Source: Candidatus Omnitrophota bacterium | GTDB taxonomy: Bacteria > Omnitrophota > Gorgyraeia > Zapsychrales > Fredricksoniimonadaceae | Assembly: GCA_015233335.1 (NCBI GenBank) | Contig: JADFXX010000014.1 | Coordinates: forward strand, 1 to 42,771 | Length of the DNA stretch: 42,771 bases | Reading direction: 5' to 3' | Shown: piece after piece, positions 38,501 to 42,771 of the stretch | Numbering within the stretch: the stretch's first letter is position 1 | How the letters are laid out: every line of letters starts with the position of its first letter | Position numbers and translations under genes: made by a program | The notes under the pieces: generated by a model | What the model saw: only the letters and a program-made list of their open reading frames with translations | Told to the model about the DNA's origin: nothing | Databases searched by the model: none

Positions 38501-41500
38501 AAAATTATAATTCTCAACCGTTATATCCCTGTTGTAAAGAACTACGGCGATCTCATCCTGCGGCGTCTGACAATAAAGATAGGCTTGCACTGTCGGCAAT
38601 CCTGCCCCGCGAGGCACTTGGGGCAGATACATATTCACCTGTCTGTTTAAGACGATCTGTCCTGCAGCGTTAAGGGAAGCGTTCATAAGGCCCTGCAGGT
38701 TAGGCCACTTGACAAAGACATCTCCCCCATCGACCACTTCCGGCACCACCTGCAAGTTCACCTTAAAGACCCTTGAAATCTCCCCCATCAAGGCAAGCTT
38801 TTCATCACGGGGAAATCCGTTTTCATAATAAACAACGATCCGTTTGATTTTATGACCAAACTTTTGTGCTCCGATGCAGGCCGCTGCACTCAGATGTCTT
38901 ATCGCTGAATCATTCGATTTAATTTCTCTAAACTGCGATAAATTAAGCCCTTTTCTTGAAACTCGCTGGGCATGGAACTGATTGTTTCCTTGCGGGGTAA
39001 TGTGAACAACTTTCGGAAGGCCAAGATCGATCACTAGCTCCGATTGATATTTGAGTTTGTATAATTTCATCTGCACTCCGAACTTAGACCGCATGATCTC
39101 CGGTAAGAGATCAAGCCACCGTCTAAGGTCTGTCAGTGTTTTCCCGTCCTCATTCCAAAAATTCAAGCCTCTTTCTAAAAATACTCCTGCCACTACCTCT
39201 TTGGGTTGATTGATAAGTCCAGCAATGCTTTCAATGGCGCAACAGGTTGCAATCTGAGAAACATCCTTAACTCCATTAGGCCTTCGTAGATCATAAGCAT
39301 CCGCCAAAAGTGTCAAAAACTCACGGGTAAATTTAGGACCCGAGCGTTGGATCACAACAAAATTCCTTAAGAAAGAATCAATAGCGTCATAATAGCCGCT
39401 TAGCGGATGACCGTTAGTGTATTGTAAAAACACAACCGCAGGGTCTTGGGCGTTAAACTTTTCTTTTTGTAGTAAAAGTAGCTTCTCTTTAGGAACCTTG
39501 CTCCAATTCGTCATACAGACCCTCAAATGCAGCTCTCGATCCGTCAGCGGCATAAAGAAGAAACGGTAGGGGCGTTGTGGCTCTTTAGTTTGCGGCGCCA
39601 TACGCAAGGCCTGACCTCGGATCTCCTGGAATATCTTTCGACGATGAGGATTAAATTTCCCTTCCAGGAATTCGAAATAAGAACGGCTCATGATAAACTG
39701 TCTCTCTGCGATCGACGGGGTCATGACCGTATCGCGGGCATACATGTTCGCTAATACCCCCAGCCAGGCATCTGCAATATGCCTTTCTCCTGCATCTTCG
39801 GAGTGTACAGAATTGGACCCATCGATCACAATCACATGCGGTCGGTGTATAGCTATATAGCACGCTGTTTTTTCGTCGATCCATTGAGGATCCAGGCAAA
39901 ACTGATCTTTATGCATATCACGGGAACTAATCCTTGCTTCAACAAACTTCATTGCCGGCAGATGTCTGCGAAGGATTTCTTTCCCAAAAATGCCCATGGT
40001 ATGGTTTAAAACGACAAGTAATTCTCTTCCCTGTGATTGTTGCTGCAATAATTTTAATGCAGCAATGACCCGATCTGTTTCAATAAAAAATTGCGCCATG
40101 GCCAAGCGCTCTTGGGATATGAAGTTGCTAGTTCCTGTAGCCCTTAGCCACTTGTTGATCATCATTTCGTATTCCTTATAAGAAATCCCTTTATGCAAAT
40201 CAATCGGCCATTGCCTAAGGCTGTCGATTAATAAAAGATACCCTAACGCCCTCTCGCGCGTGTCATTGTAGTCAACCAAACCGCGTCGCATCATAGCATC
40301 CAGTCGCGGTAAATATCCCCGCACGGCCTGTATGCCATTTTGAGCTACAAAATTTCCAAACATTGTCAAGGCCTCGGCATAATGGCTCTCATCCGAAGAT
40401 TCGATCATCCGCCCGCATAAAGAAAGAGCACAAGGTGTACAGCGCGAGTCAAGAGACATCACACGAGAGATGACCCAAAGATAGGTCTTCTGGGCATCAT
40501 CTGTACACTCCTGCTCGATAAACGTAAATATATCCCCCCTCATCCGTCGGACATTATCCCAGTTCCCCAAAGCTGCTTGTCTTTTAAACCAATTGACCAG
40601 CCGGTGCGCCAGCTGGCTACGCATAGACTTGCTTTGCTCAGTGCTATTGATGCTTCTCATGATCTGCAACGGATCTCCACCATCCTCAGACTGACCCAGC
40701 AGCGTCTTGATCTCTTCAATAGAGGAGAAATCATGATCAGGCCTTGCTTGATAAAAAGCTGCCTGATATCCAACGGCCACTGCCGCTTCAACATTCATTT
40801 GAACATCATCGACAAATAAAATATCCTGTGGGGTGAAACCGTCAAGCGAGAGGATCCCAAGGACTTTTGAGAATAGGTCCGCTTGAGGTTTTTGATATCC
40901 TAATTCAGATGACAGAAAAATATATTTCTCATCAATTAAATCCCCATATGTATCCCGCAGCATCCCACGCCATATGCCCTCATCTTTACGGAAGCGATTA
41001 GAAAGTACCCCTATCTTGATACCGCCCGCTCTTAAACCCTGCAGTGTCCTCAAAGCTCCGGGTGCTGCTATACGCGGCCCTGTTATGATAGACATCCATT
41101 CTTCAATCGTTAATGTCCTTCGTGCGCCTTTATCCGCGAGTCTGGCGTTAACTTGGTTCATATAAAGCGCTTCATCGATCCTTCCTATAAGCAAATCTTC
41201 TCTTATTTGCTTACCCTGCCCCAAAAGGAAAATGTACCGATATAAGAGACCACTGTCTATCCTGACGCCCGTCTTTTCTTCCAGTAGGTCAGAAGCCATT
41301 TTACGGCGTACGGCTGTCTCGGGCATCTGGAATAAAACTCCATCCAAATCAAAAAGAACAATCTTCCTGCTGACCATGGCCATGACGCCGTTAGTGAAAA
41401 AAGCCTGTTGATTGTAGATGCGATGCGCCTTAATCGCCGCCTCCGGGCCTTCTCTACGGGTTAAATAGATCCAATCGAGCGCTAGATGGAAAAGTTTTCT

Positions 41501-42769
41501 CTTCTGCGCTTCTGAAGGGACTTTGCATTCGATATTTCTATTTTTAACAACAATAACTTCCGGCTGACCATTACGATTATGCGCGTCCACAAATGCCTGG
41601 GCCAGTTTCTCCGGCGGTTCACGGCTGTTTTGATCCCCAAAAAACTTTTGTTCACAACGTGCGGCCTCATCAAATAATCTGTCAAGCGCTTCCATATCCC
41701 CGCTGTCTCTGGCCTTAAGCAGCCCTTCATGCCTTCGGGGCAGCATGGCTGCCGTAGACCCAAAGGGCTTGATCACTTCCTCTAATATACGACGGAGATC
41801 TTGCTTTTCACGGTTGCGAAGCATCATCGGCACAGCACGCGCTTCTCTCTGTTTTATTGTGCGGGGGCATAGACGTTCAAATTCTTTGAATGTTAATTTT
41901 GATTCTATGCCTCGGGAAAAATCACTAATAATGTCTTCGAAAATCTGAATTTTGCCTTGAGGCAGATTAGAGTAAAGACATAAGCGAAGATATTCTATAT
42001 CGGCCTGATGAATCGATGCGATACTGCCTCTAATGGACTGAATAAACAACCTTAGCGTCTTATACTGTTGCCCATAAATACATAGCAAATCTTTTCTTGT
42101 AAGAGGGATCGCTTTGACGCGATTAATGTCCCAAGCACGGATTTCACCTTCTGCGTTAAGTCCGGTTTCATAAATAGCAAAATCTTTATCATAAAGGCCC
42201 CTGGACCACATGGTGCGAACAAACTCAATATAGTCATTCAGATACCTTTTGATCAACCGGACTTTGGCATCCTTTTCTTCCAAATCGATCCTATTTTTTC
42301 CGTCTAAGAATACTATTGACTTGGACAGCCAATCAATAATATTTAACAATGACGACATCTGGTACTGGACTATCAAGTCTTTGGCAAATCTTTTTTCTTT
42401 GCCTCTTTGATAATAAACGTTACGCATTAAGAATGTTTTAGTGAATAATCTGCCCCCATACTTTCTGGCAAAATAAAGCCCTTGTCGAAGATCTTTGGAC
42501 ATTCTTTGGCCGTTACGGGGTTTCTTGATAACGATCAGAGTTTTTGTCCCATCGATATTGATGTACGGTCGGCCAGACATTACAAAAACCTCACTACCCA
42601 ATTGATAGGGCAGGGGATCAAATGTGACCATGGCCATGACGCCATTAGTGAAAAAAGCCTGTTGATTGTAGATGCGATGCGCCTTAATCGCCGCCTCCGG
42701 GCCTTCTCTACGGGTTAAATAGATCCAATCGAGCGCTAGATGGAAAAGTTTTCTCTTCTGCGCTTCTGA
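29528..42769 (-). CDS. Giant multidomain protein (>4,413 aa, 5'-partial): kinase-like, HAD, two Cys-protease-like, Zn-metalloprotease, LuxR-like HTH, SAM methyltransferase, XRE-HTH array, C-terminal TM segments
   Basis: Frame stays open beyond the ATG at 42637 to the window edge; motifs DLDGVL, QIATCC (twice), HELGH..HC...CVM..FCPSC, LDLGTGSG, repeated G.R...LR....T..LA..G.....I..IE.G. Confidence 0.9.
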   Translation of the reverse strand, partial: SEAQKRKLFHLALDWIYLTRREGPEAAIKAHRIYNQQAFFTNGVMAMVTFDPLPYQLGSEVFVMSGRPYINIDGTKTLIVIKKPRNGQRMSKDLRQGLYFARKYGGRLFTKTFLMRNVYYQRGKEKRFAKDLIVQYQMSSLLNIIDWLSKSIVFLDGKNRIDLEEKDAKVRLIKRYLNDYIEFVRTMWSRGLYDKDFAIYETGLNAEGEIRAWDINRVKAIPLTRKDLLCIYGQQYKTLRLFIQSIRGSIASIHQADIEYLRLCLYSNLPQGKIQIFEDIISDFSRGIESKLTFKEFERLCPRTIKQREARAVPMMLRNREKQDLRRILEEVIKPFGSTAAMLPRRHEGLLKARDSGDMEALDRLFDEAARCEQKFFGDQNSREPPEKLAQAFVDAHNRNGQPEVIVVKNRNIECKVPSEAQKRKLFHLALDWIYLTRREGPEAAIKAHRIYNQQAFFTNGVMAMVSRKIVLFDLDGVLFQMPETAVRRKMASDLLEEKTGVRIDSGLLYRYIFLLGQGKQIREDLLIGRIDEALYMNQVNARLADKGARRTLTIEEWMSIITGPRIAAPGALRTLQGLRAGGIKIGVLSNRFRKDEGIWRGMLRDTYGDLIDEKYIFLSSELGYQKPQADLFSKVLGILSLDGFTPQDILFVDDVQMNVEAAVAVGYQAAFYQARPDHDFSSIEEIKTLLGQSEDGGDPLQIMRSINSTEQSKSMRSQLAHRLVNWFKRQAALGNWDNVRRMRGDIFTFIEQECTDDAQKTYLWVISRVMSLDSRCTPCALSLCGRMIESSDESHYAEALTMFGNFVAQNGIQAVRGYLPRLDAMMRRGLVDYNDTRERALGYLLLIDSLRQWPIDLHKGISYKEYEMMINKWLRATGTSNFISQERLAMAQFFIETDRVIAALKLLQQQSQGRELLVVLNHTMGIFGKEILRRHLPAMKFVEARISSRDMHKDQFCLDPQWIDEKTACYIAIHRPHVIVIDGSNSVHSEDAGERHIADAWLGVLANMYARDTVMTPSIAERQFIMSRSYFEFLEGKFNPHRRKIFQEIRGQALRMAPQTKEPQRPYRFFFMPLTDRELHLRVCMTNWSKVPKEKLLLLQKEKFNAQDPAVVFLQYTNGHPLSGYYDAIDSFLRNFVVIQRSGPKFTREFLTLLADAYDLRRPNGVKDVSQIATCCAIESIAGLINQPKEVVAGVFLERGLNFWNEDGKTLTDLRRWLDLLPEIMRSKFGVQMKLYKLKYQSELVIDLGLPKVVHITPQGNNQFHAQRVSRKGLNLSQFREIKSNDSAIRHLSAAACIGAQKFGHKIKRIVVYYENGFPRDEKLALMGEISRVFKVNLQVVPEVVDGGDVFVKWPNLQGLMNASLNAAGQIVLNRQVNMYLPQVPRGAGLPTVQAYLYCQTPQDEIAVVLYNRDITVENYNFIFGVATGGVIQISRDRYTQESLLYRMYCLSHLITHELGHKYLEGHPYSSSLTEKEAEHQLTQERAGLRAPIRGGPFFYEKGGPHCRDRACVMHQVWSFDELRERVRDNDHNLYFCPSCRNFIRGSQNRQVFDRDWHKYNARKDKLTFSELFNTGDYTPQQIAGIRAIFVRFPQYGINETSVVAEVLRAQNVPAGIKWQLHEILIDECITDHYEEGQLKPNAGWVYGDGPNEYEQAGKIREFFTDVLKYEPPAEILRELLAKENGRSINVLRAPGGKHIFEAHASPKFGINLLEPCVRKDTYYGSGAIVHELMAMSGSVNDSLNQKVEEAYTAWRQGRHNALDMVILGILIRQDEQRRSRETGFEIPEITQLDDHAPVSAEIADIGRQIARLRISGTDISYVSAGLGDIPLLAAYYVAGDNYQKNRARQELLSLMDRMTYVVADQLLLELHRYNFDLRGDEELKDAIERGTQLLSSRLVDLLVNGHEESTARKLHKMLRAASVFAMRAANFEKMRKAGGNRDGHLLELTNYAYKKAYELYKRYLNGLAVSNRMKLDRNRWIQSTPLSRHMAEIFWENIILTGIFNDLCFVDGISEMVKNVVDHEDKFKGIGITADYVDRRFAELLRKRDAVFAVTRNFRNFSNELMDDAERILEEMGGEAISAKDLEDRARSEGRLGELAQSLSSRDAQERGFLTALGRFADELVVLSTEDRDWAAVSKSTKAHPSIKEALSREPKDLSGIDAGGQDRQQRAILSELEEQVVGHIIAGMSAGEIVEKIDRRWEDLALSAMSKLSVRDVSELDAAFKDYRNTGNEKKNKPVIGVDHSNPDEIAGKPRTPEYLRALGELRDLHQGIPSYERTREQNAQIALFMQVRVNLMRGEKFSADNMKAFSPWALEEMLHYRFNGNDPRRRSNRVEDVLQIATCCGIESIAGLLGQPVQLVAGAFLESGLSFWNEDGKVMTDLREWLGVLPNIMLSKFGLQMKLQKFKNQADFVIDFDLPQLIRIIPQGNDRFHAQRIARGEINLAQYKEIKSKNRLATKHLPVAARLGAKYAYDHDPRMSRQVEEWEDQGTRQKIYHRTKKDKGRNDLPQSNKTRKMARLRIDIGDLGGEDIISEHDVYAPSPVLTRWVARELPEDLSGRECLDLGTGSGVLGLIMLRKGAQRVVFTDIKPQALMCAEENASRLGVDSAAGRSEFIQSDLFKGIAGKQFDLIVFTPSPIDGGDVSVQDGHIYNYREHVETFFKNVGQFLKPTSRVIFRATVFPENPQSVKNARIIEGYVRKFFREEGFSLLRRDPKIRQVESGTARRRAGGINSKIEEHTIIYIVAKRDVSRSWRPAIQVGDPARSNRARTDEESAALCEILEGYAAQNRGSISNIKRSDENYAPLQQRLAAWICAHDRQIAQQLEETIIARAPPLLIDQIKKYCTTCTPDLVVKAVNFKLNSRSYIFIIDDNELVTNILHDGFAQCYPENTDEQNERLALQSTVWDELRRLPNELGRMRFLCLLLKGKGRSAYWVGSQIGAQKNFSAVLAGKRRFGRNLILKFIRLASNELGISLQAAHLRAGCTADQRLKGTFRPTLTENKAQMKQRLEILADETGFDDIDDLSCAAGLCRQSLKIFSRHPQRPYEPQNPLQFINFINLTYGLGLEISQFWTGQRLIKSLRSGCAHYGERLELMRLCYGLTMERMAAKIGVATLGPYERGERMIYQRSLFKRIVRFYADYFKLDMGVCDIYLNKSFMDALRETAGKNLEEAKRQLPRRWEIMILEAGIDDPVRIAQSCQLRADYLSGLYLRSVNKYIPASMRKAFYAFKGSVELGVDISHIWTGLSLKEAFEKLCCHPGERMALLRVCSGFTLCGAAEEFHIGPETLQEIEEWNSQRVLNSRKKIREMVAAYRKMLGIELALKDVLAGDNRREVLPTKEDQLHEAFMKAQWCSKNGQHERAENKMSDLLSQAYDAGLPGLVGEIESAMACANEMTKDKEMLKKQCGPGMMKHHWILYQKALKQGDKKLAEQIMLETAPLTENALIRSGRLSKSNFIKAHGYITWMPPDKHEEYYSRIYDQIKTAATKEAALQLHQDINRRWANMVFSLAGRVSCLRCELCNWTIRELVERSGVSENQIVRIEQGRIKTKPSADTIDKLCGAFGITEKDMVPTEREALDERTLGEVRELPTMAGRVSRLRREFKWTRREAEDRAGLRPGVLKPIENGYLKTQPRPWTIEKLAAVFHVPQEVLLPPMLDQVQKEDLPTLEISEVRAFLPQVWQLQTIGERVYFLRSRVFHWTRLGLAQKTRLTARRISWIENNRGKRKPYNRTLKVLAKAFKVQVNDLIPEQSSLSFQQLAEVKKMQTLGQKVKYLRKEVYRLSQPELAQAAGVGPKTIVRIENGQAKTLNYKTWSGLSRALHIREEHLRKNELQEVLEPVRETVRAFSTLGEKLAYLRGALFGLSRPQLALRSGVASRTIFRIEKNAYLQYPSKTVLVKLSNTLKVPVTLFDDKREYTPKDFVVLSLDEQKAKEGDLFDIEIRRKIILIGKLVKPYHGSELDLGRANIEAQEAERLFKQHHRHIPKTEKEDIAQELNRIRTLLAGKVSGDPVAMLPDCKEALADVLQLKGREGFEGAFKNFIWQDAYKQENGRTHANGIRSSPWQFVRAHTQVYNTVSNAWQAPTFLQKLRLLFFALRADALYYLVFHVLLIGEFLRLIYRVFILKQTIVDIGGFPLDVGVWEALQLKLPLIIRDVRQTSVQALTGYHNRYNLHKFERGGIPAMADCQSAKSIDKDHEKKSEKRIKILVVVFLLLALMWLFLVMIVRWPFNPYLVTFRRLSSAQVRIHAMPVTMIRPKFLPMSILRNILITIQYWPWTDDQPTLWMPAFKSKKVRRPRFCFRRPVKIEIREGAGSAYEPRETFWNFNKAPLFLILPAFINYPFWIFTRMLLHRVLVILINVTKVIITLRERRILVDIATLQGIHQIFITVFVCSISYMLNTFILFFIL
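35345..35758 (-). repeat. Internal repeat copy 2 (QIATCC module) in the giant protein
   Basis: VEDVLQIATCCGIESIAGLL...FWNEDGK..TDLR.WL..LP.IM.SKFG.QMKL...PQGN..FHAQR, matching 38860..39271. Confidence 0.9.
38860..39271 (-). repeat. Internal repeat copy 1 (QIATCC module) in the giant protein
   Basis: VKDVSQIATCCAIESIAGLI...FWNEDGK...PQGNNQFHAQR, matching 35345..35758. Confidence 0.9.
41371..41517. repeat. 147-bp direct repeat, copy A
   Basis: Identical to 42625..42771 except one synonymous base (41390 G versus 42644 A); offset 1254 nt, in frame. Confidence 0.95.
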
Positions 42770-42771
42770 AG
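42625..42771. repeat. 147-bp direct repeat, copy B (runs off the window end)
   Basis: 146/147 identical to 41371..41517. Confidence 0.95.

Noticed and set aside
35345-39271. Inteins or Hint domains as the explanation for the duplicated Cys module
   Set aside because: No C-terminal His-Asn followed by Cys/Ser/Thr, and no TxxH block seen.
795-42718. Numerous 60-170-aa ORFs overlapping longer genes
   Set aside because: Antisense or alternate-frame shadows of well-supported genes, with no motifs or ribosome-binding sites recognised.
41371-42771. Possible diversity-generating retroelement TR/VR pair
   Set aside because: Only one, synonymous, mismatch; both copies are coding in the same ORF; no reverse transcriptase in the window.

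Overview
42.8-kb bacterial window, most likely Candidatus Omnitrophota (inferred from the modular 'GGIDL' proteins and the giant gene, not from a marker gene). The housekeeping backbone is: tRNA-Asp and tRNA-Val; an amino-acid permease; a PyrR-attenuated pyrimidine operon (hyp-pyrR-pyrB-pyrC-tRNA-Arg-ICMT-like-LOG-mutM-pyrK-pyrD-pyrF); rsmI; glmS; a divergent L27; a DsbA-like protein; a D,D-carboxypeptidase; trmB; sixA; EamA; and mutS-mutL. The most unusual content: (1) Two paralogous signal-peptide proteins (874 and 1179 aa) share a ~370-aa N-terminal domain and a ~70-aa 'GGIDL' C-terminal domain. Between them sits unrelated cargo (ankyrins plus a lipoprotein-like peptide, versus a sugar-nucleotidyltransferase) bounded by [DE]-x-[AS]-M motifs. 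(2) A >4,400-aa giant ORF, open at the window edge, strings together kinase-like, HAD, two Cys/His protease-like, Zn-protease, methyltransferase and multi-HTH modules with similar 'AM' junctions and a 147-bp near-perfect spacer duplication. Together these suggest a cassette-like polyprotein or effector system. (3) Three palindromic repeat elements are inserted in frame in one paralog. (4) Two CDSs have their stop codons inside tRNA genes. (5) A 173-bp MITE-like palindrome contains the trmB stop codon.
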